Assembly (NCBI GenBank): GCA_964035545.1 | Contig: OZ037769.1 | Coordinates: forward strand, 3,100,001 to 3,164,000 | Length of the DNA: 64,000 bases | Source of the DNA: Bugula neritina | Taxonomy: Eukaryota; Animalia; Bryozoa | Reading direction: 5' to 3' | Shown: positions 20,001 through 33,300 of the stretch, piece by piece | Numbering within the stretch: position 1 is the first letter of the stretch | Layout: the number at the start of each line of letters is the position of its first letter | Notes under the pieces: model-generated | Told to the model about the DNA's origin: nothing | The model's input: only the letters and a program-made list of their open reading frames with translations | The model's database searches: none | Program-made: the position numbers and the translations under genes

Positions 20001-23000
20001 TTTGACATCTGCCAGTTTTGGAACTTTGCCTTGTAGTTATTGTTTAGATTTAGTAAAACTCCCAACTAGTTGAGAAAATCAATCGTACTTCAATAACATT
20101 GAGCCATTATGGATTACTTTTACTGCTGTAGTTATTTTTAATTTTATCATTTTTCATTAAAAATGGCTAGATATGGCTTTGAAATAGCTATACCTAATGA
20201 TGCATGTTGTAAAACGAACACTTGCAGTTATGTTTAATCGAAATTATACAAGTTTATATATTGATTTGATCCAAGTACTGGCTAGTCAATTCAAATTGAC
20301 TCCAGTCAACTGAAGAGGTTGACTTGACTTAGACTTGACTTGAACTTATTTCTTTTATCACTTAACTTGACCCGATTAGCCATTTACCTGATTTGCTGTA
20401 ATTTTGATTTATGACTCAGCTCTACCAATTGCTTAACTTTAATTGTAAGTTACGAAACTATTTCTCAATTTGGCCAGTTTGATGATGACAATGTTCTGAG
20501 TTATCACAAGCAAAATTTCTCTTTACTAGCTGTTTCTCTTCTTTTTCTTCATCTCAGAATATTGGCAGCAAAGGCAGCGGCACTCTACTCAACACTAGAA
20601 TTATCTTTGTGTACGTTGAGACTATATTTGGCATAGTACGGAATATACCAGTAGCTTGTGTGACAGTCGTACCGATATAGACTGTCACACAACCAATACT
20701 GAAAATACCAACATACTGAAGCCTAACTTAAAACAGTCCCAGCACTACACAGCAGTTGTCAAAATTGATTAGTGAAGTTTTATAGGCTGACTACTTAACT
20801 ACCTCCTCTTCATTTGATAGTTTTGTTAAAGTAACAAGCTTGTGAGCATATGTTGTCTTTTATTACAGCGTTATCTTATCTAGTGATTGAGATCTTATGC
20901 ACTCACGTTTGATTATATAATATTTACAGAGTTGGACAACGGAAATGAAAGTCAAGGACACATTGTTCACCAACAGAGAAAGTTTGGGTGGAGATGAAAA
21001 CCTGCCACCAATTAGATCTGGTAGCCATCTGAAGGGCTCAACTAAAGTACCAGATAATGTGGAACAGAAGAAAAAGAAGAAAGTGGCACCCAGGGATTAC
21101 AGAGAATGGGACAAGTGGGTAACCTGTGATGGTGCAGTAACGGAGAACTTTCAGTAGCCTAAGTTCTTTAAGTATCTGTGAAACTCATCTTGAGCATGGG
21201 TTTAAGTTATCCAGAAAACATAACTTATTTTGCTATATTTATAATCTAGAACACAGGCTTTCCCCAATTTCTCTATTACTCTACCTACTTCTAACTGATC
21301 CACATTTGAATTCCATGTTGTTAACGTCTGGTTGAATGTAATAAACTGTTGAAATGTTCCTTAATTTGTTGTTTTGGCAGAATGTATGAGATAAGCCATT
21401 ACAATACTCAGCTTTGATTAACTATATATACATCTGTGATTAGTTGTTAGTATTAAACCTTCTTGTTACAGACTCTGTACAATGAGTATTTTCAACTGAC
21501 CATCTTAGACCCTTAGTATAATATACTAAATACTTGCTTATTGGGTAGAATTATACACAATCTGGATGAAAATGAAGGTGAGGACGAAGAGACAGAGAAT
21601 GATAAATCAAAGGAAGTAGAGATGAAGAAGCCCTCCAAATCTCTGACCAATCAAATCAACACCGAGGGTATGACTGAAGAGGAGAAAGAAATTCTAGCCA
21701 ACAGGGAGAAAGATAAAGGAAATGAGGTGAGGGGAAATGTCAGCTGGATTATTTCTCTGCAAATATATTGAATTTGAAAATAATGCCATCATAAATATAG
21801 CTGACTGACTGAAGGTCCTGTACCATACAAAGCGTAATGGATAGTAGCCATCTTCTCACTCGACACTGCTAAGTTTTGATCCCAAATAAAGGCTATTTTC
21901 TATATCACCTAACTTGTAGCTAAAACAAGCCTGTTCTTGACATCCAAAGTAACTAGAATGTGTATAAAATGTAATATTAAAACCGGCACCATTTTTTCGT
22001 AGTATACAAATAACTTACTGCTACAAATTTTAATAGCAAAGTCTGTATGTTTTGCTTAAATAATATAATAATTGTATTCTGGTTTTTCTTGTACAACGTT
22101 CTGTCTTGGCAGGCGTTCCGATCCGGAGATTTCATGGAGGCCATCGTATACTATAACAGATCTCTATCCGTAGTACCTCTAGCAGCCACCTTCAACAACA
22201 GAGCTCTTGCCTGTAAGTGTCTGTCTGTCTGTCTGTCTGATCTTACTATTCTGTCATATACAGCTTACAGGTGGTAATATACAGCTTACAGGTGGTCATA
22301 TACAGCTTACAGGTGGTCATATACAGCTTACAGGTGGTAATATACAGCTTACAGGTGGTAATATACATGTATATTTAGATATAAGAGTAAACAAGTGGTC
22401 GGACGCCGTAGCTGATTGTAACAAAGTGCTCTCGGAAGAACCCGGAAACATCAAGGCCAAGCTGCGCAGGGCGTGTGCGTATCGGAGTTTGGGCAAGTTC
22501 AGACAGGCCAAGGACGACTTGAACGTTGTGCTTAGCGTTGAGCCGCAGAATAAAAGAGCTCAGGTTAGTTCTAGCATGTTCCGTGATAGTGTGTCTTTCG
22601 GGTGCACTTCTGGGTGGGAGGGGAGGAGGGAGAAGTTTAGGGGAGACAACTACTTAAATGCTAATTTCTTCTGTTTAATCTGTGCAAAGCTAGTTTTCGA
22701 TAATAATGTCAAAGTTCAGAGTTGTCTTTTCATTCGTGCTGAATAATTATTTAATCAAAGATTTTTCTTGAGGAGTAATTCCAGAAGCTGAACCTATTTG
22801 ATTACGTAACGTAATGTAACGTATTGCAGGACATCTATAAGGAAGTAGTGAAAGAGTTGGGGAAGCTAGAGGAAAGGAAAGCTGAAGGTAAAGGCAGTAG
22901 AATGGTTATAGAAGAGACAGATGGGGAGAGTGAGGAGGACGAGATTGATGTCCGGCAGGCAGCAACCTCTGGCGCACCTTTAGAGGCTGCAGGTAAACTT

Positions 23001-26000
23001 TTAACCAACATGTCTCAGCGATTGCTTGTTTACCTGCATTAGTGTTTAAATATATTTACTATTAAGTAAAATTGAAGTGTTTCATGCATTTAGCTAATGG
23101 TGGCACCGTGGCCAGTAGTCAAGAAGTTCCTGGCTTATCAGTTGTTGATGCTGCCGCTACTACCGAGCCTGCTGCCACTGCTGTGAAAGGTCGTCGAATT
23201 GTAATCGAAGAGTATTCCGATGAATCTGAGGAGGAAGTTGAGAAAAAGGCTAAAGATAACCTGGTGCCTACTGCTCGCTCTCAGTCTAGTCCTGGTAAAT
23301 CGCTCATTCTTGAAATGTCAAATGATTTATGTTGTTAGCTATAGTTTCGGTAGTTGTATTTTTTTGCTTATTCCAATTATATATGCTGTGATGTTAGCTT
23401 ACAGTTCTTACACACGCGCATAAACACACACGCACATACACATGCACACACGCACACACATGTTAACAATAGTTGCGCTCTGTTATTTACTGAACTCTAT
23501 TCTGTAGACTCATTGCCTGAATCTAGTTCAGCAGACGAAAGTAAGCAAAGAAAGCCAATCAAGAGAAACAACTCCCTACTACGAATCATACAGAACAATT
23601 TATCCACTGAAAGTGGAGGCAAATCCACCCCTCATATGGGTGCTGGTGACTCTAGTAGTAGTGTGACTAAGACTAAGTCAGAGAGTGCGAGTTGCACCTC
23701 CAGTACTACTAACACCTCCAGTACTACTAACACCTCCAGTGATACTAACACCTACAGTGATACTAACACCTACAGTGCGGGTACTGAATCAACCAATGAA
23801 CAATCAGAAGTAGCGAATACTCAACATAGTAACGATGAAATCAGCCAGCGAGAATCACAAGGAAGTGATGTCACAGTTCCTCCTGAGATAAAGGTATGGT
23901 AGAGTAGTGCACTGTTTGTATGAATCAACTTCTTTACTCTGTCTCTCAGATTCTAAATTATTCATTCATTGAATTAACAGTTGAATATTGACATTTCTTG
24001 GAACTGCATTGAGGTTTCTTATGTGTGTTTTTTAATAGCATAGTAGTGTTAATATAATATTATAGTAGTGATAATATAATATTATAGTAGTGTTAATATA
24101 ATATTATAGTAGTGTTAATATAATATTATAGTAGTGTTAATATAATATTATAGTAGTGATAATATAATATTATAGTAGTGTTAATATAATAACATAATTG
24201 TGATAATATAATATAGTAGTAATGATAATATGATACCGTAATAGTGCAGGTGCTGTTAAATTCTGTTGTTTTTTGCGCAGGTAGTACAAGTACCAGCTTT
24301 ACCTGCTCATGTAGAGTCAGTGAAGAAGAAAGGCAATGATCTCTTCAAGTCTGGTCAATATGGAGAAGCCGCTGTCTACTATACCCAGGCTATTGAAACT
24401 CTCAGTAGAGGTCATTGTATAACTATTATACTTTGTCATGTGTGGTTGCCCCTCTCACTGCACTACCTGACCAGCCCTTCTCTATACTCACTTATGACAT
24501 AGTGCAAACAGTTAGCCTGTGTTTCTAGCTGCCAGCTACTACAGAGTTGGTCGGGTGGTGGCACTCCCCCCCCCCCGCTGTCAGGTCGTTTAGTGCCACT
24601 AGGGTTCAAATCAGCATAAGCAAAGCAGTCCTGAAACATATACTTACTTTTATTTTGCATTTTAGTAGCGGTTAGAAGTTATGCGTTTTTCATAATTATG
24701 GTGAGTTTATATTACAGATGACAGTATGGTATACCACACGTCTACTATATATAGTAACATATATACTGAATATATTACAGATGACAGTATGATATACCAC
24801 ACGTCTACTATATATAGTAACAGGTCTGCTTGTCACATAAAGACAGGTGATTGCAGGCAAGCTATTGCAGATGCCACAACTTCACTTGAACTTATTCCTC
24901 ACAGTGCTAAAGGTTGGTTGTGATTGGTTGTTTTTGTACCCAAAAGGGATTATTCTTTAATATATTGAAAGGTTAAAAATATTAAATTTGTTATAAAACC
25001 ATAGTTTATATAATAAAATGAATGAATAATAAAATAAATATTAACTGTCAGTTGGTTACAACGTTGTGTCGTTATCCGCTAGCACTGCTGAGACGTGCCA
25101 CTGCCTACGAGATTCTGGAAAGGTATAAGGATGCTTATATAGACTACAGACACACTATCAACATAGATAGCAACGCCAGCACAGCTTATGTAGGGGCAAC
25201 CAGGTATTCTATTGTTAGCACACTATGTGTACGTCCTGGGCGGTATAGACAGTTTATTTGGGGGGGGGGGGGGGCTACTAAAAATTGTTTGAGATCTTGT
25301 GTTAGTAACAACTGTCTTGTTAGTATTTCTAACCTGCTTTCTCTCTCTTCAAAATTGCCTAAGCAGTTTACTTAATTGCCAGCCAATCAGAGTGGCAGTA
25401 TTTGTATATTACTATTTCTACCTGGTTGTTGTGGACATTGGCAATACTAAAAGCGTGTTAAATAGTTCTAAAACTTCAGCACACTTAATAGTCACCGTGT
25501 TCTTCACTCGTGACCTCTGGTTGACCTCTAGACATCAAGTGTTGCTGAATATGAACTATAAGGCATTATGTGCACTAGCAATACTTGTTAAAGTACTTTG
25601 GCATTACTAGTTTAATTGAGTAATCACTCTAATAAAAATGGATCACACCCATTTCGATGAACACGGTGTAGCAATTCTATCTATTGCGTATATGTAGCTT
25701 ACACCTTCCTGATCGTCTAGGTGTGAGCGAATGCTCTCTGATCAACACGGGAGTAAATGGAGAGCCAATATTCCCAAAATACCAAGTTGCGCAAATCTTC
25801 CTAAGTATGAACTGGAAGGGGCGGTAACCGCCACTCCTCCTACCAACAGTAACAGCTCTGAGGCTATCTCTTCAGTCACCAGCTCAGCACTTCCAGCAAA
25901 ATCAAACTCAAACGAATCTCAAGACAAGGTATGGCACCCGCTTGCGCTTTTTTCAACTCCAAGAGTTGTCTGCTCTAATTGTTTAGTTTTATAGATTTGT

Positions 26001-29000
26001 GTGTCTTGTTTGTGGTTTGTTGATTCTAAGTCATATTACTGCATTATTGTCTCACTTTTCTCAATGCCGTACTTTTATTATATTTTCACTGTATACTTGA
26101 TGTCTACACTATATACTTGATATCTACACTGTATACTTGATATCTACACTGTATACTTGATATCTACACTATATACTTGATATCTACACTGTATACTTGA
26201 TATCTACACTATATACTTGATATCTACACTGTATACTTGATATCTACACTATATACTTGATATCTACACTGTATACTTGATGTCTACACTGTATACTTGA
26301 TATCTACACTATATACTTGATATTTTCACTGTATACTTTATGTCTGCATTAAACTATTCACTCATTGTTGCTTTTCTCTAATTCTAGAAAGTTCCATCAT
26401 TACATCAGCCGACTGAGCCAGTGGAAACTAATGAAGAGAAGTTTGATCGACTGAAAGACTTAGGGAACCAGATGGTTAAGAAGGTACGTGTTGACTTGTT
26501 AGTGTATTGATGTGTTGACATGTTGACTTGTTGATAGGTTGACTTGTTGATGTGTTGACATGTTAAAGGGAATTATACATTAACTTGAAATAATGTAGCT
26601 GATTATAACACAACTAACAGTGGCTAACTTAGCTTTATATGATGTCTTAGGTTTATCTTTTCATTTCCTGAACCTTTTGGGTTACTGACTACAAGATTGT
26701 CATATTCACTTATTGCTGACTCTACTAGATTATATTCACTTAGTAGATATTAATTCTTAGTAGACTAGCTTCTGGACCATGTTTTTGTAGAGGTTATAGT
26801 TTAATCAATATTCTATCGAATCAATTGACTCCATGTTCGTTTACTGTGTTGTTCTCTCTGATTGGCTGCTCACATGTGCTGTTCTATTGGACAGGGAGAC
26901 TACGGGCTGGCCTGCTCTTACTACAGTAAATCCATTGATCTCTATCCAGACAGAGTAGCTCCTTACAGCAATAGAGCTCTTTGTTATCTCAAGACTGATA
27001 ACCCAGGTCTCGCCGTCAAGGTAGGCGTGGAGACTCAGTCAGCTGACCTATGACAGCAGTTATTTGTAGCGGGAAACATGACCAGCTTGTGTCAGTGTAT
27101 GAATAAAATACTTAATGTGTACTGTGTATATTTCAATGTTGAAGATGTGATTTAATTTATATATATAATGCAGGATTGTGACACTGTGATAGCCATGGAA
27201 CCTAACCATGTGAAAGCGCTGTTCAGGAGAGCCCAGGCTAATAAGGTAAACCATAGGTTAAATATATATATAATAGAAGGAGTCATGGTTGCGAATGGTT
27301 TCAGAGAAACTGACCAATCCTCTACTGTGTAACATTGTTATACTCTAGTTGATGCAATGCATGCGAAAAGCTTCGTGTTGAGGTACAGTCTAGAATAATG
27401 CGTAGTTTTTGTTCTCCATAAGTGACTGGATATAATAATTTACTGCATTTCACACCACTTGCTGTTTACGAGATGCTGTTTAACGTACAGATGTTACACA
27501 AGTATAAGGAAAGCCTATCAGATCTGTTCAACCTTCTAAAAATAGAGCCAGCAAACAAACCTGCCCAGAAAGAGTGTGCAGATCTTAAAGTGTTATATAA
27601 GAAGGTATTTCAACATAATTCCCACTTAACTAGTGTTTGATAATATTCAGTGACCTGAACGCTTTGGGTTTCTTTGATTCACAACTCATCTCTGACTTAT
27701 TCTCTTCAAAATGTATTTTTATTTGATTTACATGCTTAAAGTTTATCACCCAACACGTTTTATGTCATTAGATCATTACATTGGATAGTATTAGGTACAA
27801 TTCATCCTATTTGCTAGTATCCCTGAGTCCTAAGCTTTCTAATGGTACAAAGAAGTGCTAGGTGAGAATTTATAACCAGGTGCCAATGAGAACTATAGCT
27901 GAGGTGTCACAGATTTAGCCTTTGCTCTCAAATTTTAGCAATTAGAATCATTGAGAATCGAAGCAGCTAAAAATGCAGTCTCTGCCAGCAAATCACAGTC
28001 TAAACAATCAGCTCCCGCCCCACACTCCTCTGGGTCACCCAAGAAACCTGCCACTAGAATCGTGATTGAAGAGGGTTCGGACTCTGAAACAGACCCACCC
28101 CTTCCTTCTGCGCCTGAACCAACTTCAACTAAGAGTGGCAAAGCGAGGCACAAGAAGAAAAAGCAGAAAAAGGCGACTGTGACTGTCAAGCCACAGACTT
28201 CAAACACTGTTCCAACCCTTTCAGCAAAGTAAGTCACTTGACTATGCTGTAATACTTTTAGTTTGGTTGTTTTAGTGTCGAATGGTAACAGTAAGGAACA
28301 GTATACAAGCACCTCAGTGGAAATATGTTTGTTGCTTTGTTGAAGCAAGTTTCGTTTGTTGTAGTACTAAATTCAGTATTAGTCTATTTTTTTAAAATTC
28401 CTTACTACTCTTATCAATAGTTTTGTCAATTTATCAATAACACTGTGAATATCCAGAAACTTGCATCTGTAAATCAACAGGTGAGCTAACCTGTTGTCGG
28501 GATCACTAAAACTTGTAGACAATCTTACAGCCAGTATGTTATGTTGACCGTTCTCCATACTCACAACTGTTATCTGTGTTGTTTAGCCCCACCCCTTACG
28601 AGTTCACCCAAGCGTGGGCGGCCATGAGACATATAACAGACACGGAGCCATATGCTCGGCTGCTCCGGCAGATCCCTCCTTCCAGCCTAAGTTCAGGTAT
28701 TTAATGTAGCCTCAGTACCAGGTTGTTGTCACAATAACTTGTATACCCATAACTAACTGCATTTAATATGTTGAAAGGGATGACTTGTTGATTGGTTTTA
28801 GGCTACAAATCTGTTGAATATTATGTTTTGTTGAATATTATGTTTTGTTGAATATTATGTTCTGTTGAATATTATGTTCTGTTGAATATTATGTTCTGTT
28901 GAATATTATGTTCTGTTGAATATTATGTTCTGTTGAATATTATTACATGTTGAATATTGCTATCTGTTGATATTTTAGTATTGAGTAATAAACTAGAAGG

Positions 29001-29812
29001 GGAGATGTTAGACAAAATTATAACCTGCCTGGACACAAATTTCACTTCTGGTAAGTTTGAATTATTCAGTTGACTTCTATGTACATCAACTAGTTACTAC
29101 TTCTTAGCTCATTCTTTTAGCTCATTTTTTTAGCTCATTCTTTTAGCTGGTTTGCAATTCGTGATATCGAATTAATATGTTAGATTTTACTCGTATCAAT
29201 TGAGTTGAAAACCAAACTATTTATCAGTGGGTTGGTTGATTCATTGCCTTCTGATATTACCTTCAGTTCCTGCAATCTGGCAGACTCTGGCCTTTTTGCA
29301 GGTCTCAATGAGCTGTCATGGTTGTGCATTTATACAATATTTATGTCATATGATCAGCTGTATAAAAGTAAAAGATCGGCTAATGTGAAAATATTGACAA
29401 GTTATAGTGCACTTGGTTTCATGGTTTGGGATATTACATCATTTATTTTGCAAAATACTTGTATTAATAAATGACTGTTAAGTTGGTTACTGTTTCTCAG
29501 ACTCTCATGTAGATAAACTAAGCAATGTGTTGCAGATGAGCTGAGAGACGTGGAGAATTATCTCAAGTCTTTATCCGCTGCACCTCGGTTTGGGATGGTG
29601 GCCATGTTTATGTCTGACGAATGCAAGTCGGGTAAGAAATATTTAAATGTTTCGGCAATTTGACTTGTTTTTTATGGCCAACAGTAACTGTTCACAATTT
29701 AACTCTTTCCACTTTGAAATGTATTCCTTTTGTAGCATTGGAAAATTTATTTAAAAAGCTGGAGCCGGTTTCTTCTCAAGTGGACAAGCTGAGACTAGCC
29801 TTTAGAGTCTGA
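17001..29812 (+). CDS. SPAG1: Sperm-associated antigen 1-like (three TPR clamps plus RPAP3_C; R2SP co-chaperone / dynein assembly factor)
   Basis: N-terminus HHIEKCSDVKELEQILRVLRSGEEG and APRDYREWDK resemble SPAG1. TPRs: EKDKGNEAFRSGDF, KKKGNDLFKSGQY, KDLGNQMVKKGDY. C-terminal PTPYEFTQAW...PRFGMVAMFMS is RPAP3_C. About 23 exons, e.g. 17001-17143, 18797-18871, 19019-19097, 20930-21114, 21549-21726, 22113-22212, 22379-22563 ... 29536-29631, 29736-29812. Confidence 0.92.
21135..21281. mobile_element. MITE-like element with ~34-bp imperfect terminal inverted repeats
   Basis: cagtaacggagaactttcagtagcctaagttctt ... tagaacacaggctttccccaatttctctattact. The same termini occur at 39586-39703, with a single arm at ~7028-7060. 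Confidence 0.55.
22256..22367 (+). repeat. 21-bp tandem repeat (atatacagcttacaggtggt[a/c]) inside a SPAG1 intron
   Basis: 5 copies, each containing ttacag|gt. Confidence 0.95.
24040..24235. repeat. 22-bp minisatellite (atataatattatagtagtg[t/a]ta)
   Basis: About 8 copies before acceptor 24280. Confidence 0.9.
26078..26345. repeat. 20-bp minisatellite (tatctacact[g/a]tatacttga)
   Basis: About 13 copies before acceptor 26387. Confidence 0.95.
28811..28960. repeat. 17-bp minisatellite (tgttgaatattatgtt[c/t])
   Basis: About 8 copies ending just before acceptor 28977. Confidence 0.9.
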
Positions 29813-30316
29813 CCTTGTAAGGAATTGGGGCTATGAGCATTTCTACTCTATCAATTCGCCACCCGTGTTTTTCATCATGTATTTTATTGAAATCGTGTTC
29901 TCATCTACTTCTTGCTCATATCTTATTTCTGTTTTATTTTTACATTTCTTCTTTTCTTGAACTCTTTGAACGACAATACATGTATAAGTTATTGTTTCAG
30001 CTTTTATTATTGTCTTTTATTAACTTAACTGGTGTTGTGTGGCTCATAAATAATACAATAAAAATACAAATAATTAATTTGAACAAAATCTTTAATATTT
30101 TCATCTAGAAAAATAGCCCTACAATAATTACTAAAACACATACTAATGGGCATTGTTGGATAATATTATTTTATTCTGTCATACAAAATGAAATAAACTA
30201 CAAAAGTACTTTCACCACAACCATAGACTGTGTTACATGAATATATTTGTTGGTGGGTGGTGCAATGTTGCTAACTTGTCAACTCTCAGTTCATGAAAGT
30301 TACCAACTCATAACTT

Positions 30317-33300
30317 CTATTTCCTTTTACTTGGTTCACCTAAAGTTTGTTGCTTGGGATAATAATCATAAATGTTAGTATCTCCCAGTATTGATTTTAG
30401 CCCCTCCAGTTTGATCAATTTGCGGTGATGTGGCTGCGCATAATATGAAAATACAAAACTTGGAGTTGTCACATTACTAAACAGATTAGAAGGCACAGCT
30501 CTTCCTTTTATAGGTTTAAGAAATTGCTTCGCCTTGGCAACAGCCAGGGCCTGTATGTATGCATCCCTGTGAACATTTGTCCAATCCATTCTTTCTAAGG
30601 GCAGTGGCATCTTAGTGTGGTTAGATTTTCCTTGCACCACCTTTTTGGTGTAAACAACGCTATCCACCTCCGTCTCTGCTATGTCATCACTTCCAAATAT
30701 CTCCACTGAATCTCGTCTCTGCGGCTACAAATATAAACCGAACAATCTTTCTTTTTCCATGCTGCAATAAAAGATAGAATGTGTTCAAAGTTTTCATCAC
30801 TATGAGAACCCTGATGAGTTTCTACATGGGTTAGAAACTGTGATTATTCACATGGTTGCAGCATGGAATGAAGTTTTTCTAAAAGAGCACAAGAGCAACT
30901 ATGATTGGATGCCCTTCCTACCCTGCTAGGATTCAAACCCTTGACCTTGCATATGCTAGGTTAGTACTCTAACCCTTAGGCATTTGCCTTTTCACGTTCA
31001 AACTATATTTGTAGAAGAGTAGCGTATGCTAAATTCTTTTTTATCAAAGCCTAGAGCATTCCAGTTTTATGACCAACTCAAACCTCAGTATCCGAGTCGT
31101 CTGGGTGCATCTCAACGAAACTTCTTACATCGATGTCTCCAGAGGCAAATGAACGTTTACTTGATGAACTCCATACATTCCCTCTGTCTGCTTGAAACTC
31201 TCTCTCTGTTGAAGCCTCCCTGGGTAATGTCACTTCACCACTCCTCTTCTGCCTATAAACGTGTATATAGTCTATTGTAGCTGCTGAGCTTTTTAAAAAT
31301 TGTAATATATGTACTTGTTATTGTAAAGAGCAATTTACTGACAAACTTGAAAAAAATCACCACAATTCTAGAATTATTCTCTGTTATTAAATATAAAGTA
31401 TTTAGGCTATTGAAATATTCTCATTACCACACCTAAATGCAAATAGTTGTGTGTCTGCTATGTCATAATACAGTTTCAAATTGTCTGTAACTATATTTTA
31501 ACTTGTAGAATATGCATGGAGTCAAAAAATGCAGTTTGCACAATATTGCTGTATAGATGTTCCTTCCCCCACCCACACAATTTAAAAAGAATGGGAAAGT
31601 CTAGCTTTTATATTATGAACAAAAGAAATAATTTGCACTGACATTGTTTTAACATAACTTCTACCAGCTTACCTTGCAGCGGTGTCAACAGATTGAAATG
31701 AACCAGGTTCTTCTCTGGTGATCTTTTTCAACACAGGTTGGTACCAGTCACTAAACGATTGACCTCGAAGCGAGTGCTGCTGGTATTCATCCTCTTTATC
31801 TTCTGAGAAACCCAGGGATTTGGCAAGGAAGTTATTGCAGATTTCTGAGCAGTTTCTACACCTTGGCCATAGAATAGTCTCTTCGGAGGAGCAGTAGGGC
31901 TTGTGGCGGAAAGTTTGAAAGCAAAACCTGAAATAGACAAGTTGATTGCAAGAGTAGACAACTTCAGTTTTGTCAATATAATATTATAAGTCTAACTTGC
32001 TATTAACTAACGTTAAAGACATTATGCTTAGTTTTGTCCAATTATTTCAAGGGCAGACAACTTCTACTATCATAGGCATTCGAAATCGCAAATGGCTATT
32101 GATACCTTAGGGCTTAGAGTTTAATTCCTTGCACACAAGCAATTTGATTAAATACAAATATATAGACAGTTTATAATAAGCATAATTATACAAACTAACA
32201 CTGAGTTCGAAGCTGTTGAGGGTACCTACTCAGCTCGCCTTAATAATTTAATTGTAGCAACTTTCATTGATTTAACAGCAAATTAAGACCTCATAAAATG
32301 CAGACCTACAAGATTGTAGGACAGGAATATTTGGTTCAGTACATCTGCACAGAGTAATCCTCATGTCGTTCAGATATTTTACTAGTTCACTAGATTGTAT
32401 CCTTCTTCTGGTCCTATAGCTAGGTCTTGCGCTGGTAAATGGATAAAATCCTTCTACCAGTGCTTCTGCTGAAAATAAAAAGCGACTAACTTTTATTACC
32501 TTAAAACTTAAAGAGTTTAAACACAGTCTCGCCTGATTCTAACAAAACCTGAGATTCATTTCCACCAAACTAGCTTGCTTTAAAACACTTTGTAGAAAAG
32601 CTTTATAATACCTAATCAACCTTCTTATGCTAAGAATTTGCTTTGGAATATACAAAATACTAGGATACTGACTGTTATAAAACAAACCTTCAGCTTCACT
32701 GGAACCATTGAGATTATCTCCCCCAGCATTGTGTTCCTGCTAAATAAATAGTAAGGGTTAAAACTACCAATTCTGGCCTCCCCAGTCTGTTTCTATACAT
32801 GTAGTTATTCTACAGTAGTCAACCGAACAATTACATATAGTTCCAGGACTAAACTGTCACCTGAAGTAAGTTCTTTGATCTTTGAGCAAAGTTCAGCTGT
32901 CAAAATTTTAGTTTTAGTGTCATAAATATGCAGTTGGAATAAGACAAGAAAATATATATTATAAAGGTATCTTCGTAATATTAAATCACATCTTGCATCA
33001 CTATCACAATAGTGTATAATATAGCATTGCATGTAACCATAACTCACGACAGTTTGTAGTCACTATCCCTGTGAGAAACCCCTAATAGAAAGGGTTTTTG
33101 TTAAAGCGGGCTAAGGACTTATTTAAATGAGGCACAGGAGCAATTATGACTGGATGCTTTTCCTAATATCACCAATGGCCTTTGTCAGGGCTCGAACCCA
33201 TGACCTTCGTGTTTATTAGGCAAACGCTCTAACCCCTAGACCACGGCTGCTCCATTGCATGTAACCATAAATATAATATATAATAGCATACAGAAGAGTG

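Noticed and set aside
25255-25276. Poly-G/C tracts (also ~24565, 44440, 44570, 46332, 48088, 51051) as a G-quadruplex system
   Set aside because: Isolated homopolymers with no shared flanks I could align; likely repeat remnants.
26078-26345. CRISPR-like regular repeats (here and at the other arrays)
   Set aside because: No unique spacers, no cas genes, eukaryotic intron context.
31728-31976. 82-aa ORF as the coding frame of the orphan gene exon
   Set aside because: Splice phases select a different frame (FCFQTFRHK...) that stays open to the donor.
33175-33252. tRNA gene
   Set aside because: A/B boxes are present but there is no convincing acceptor stem; it continues into a repeated body with a TSD, so it is a SINE head.
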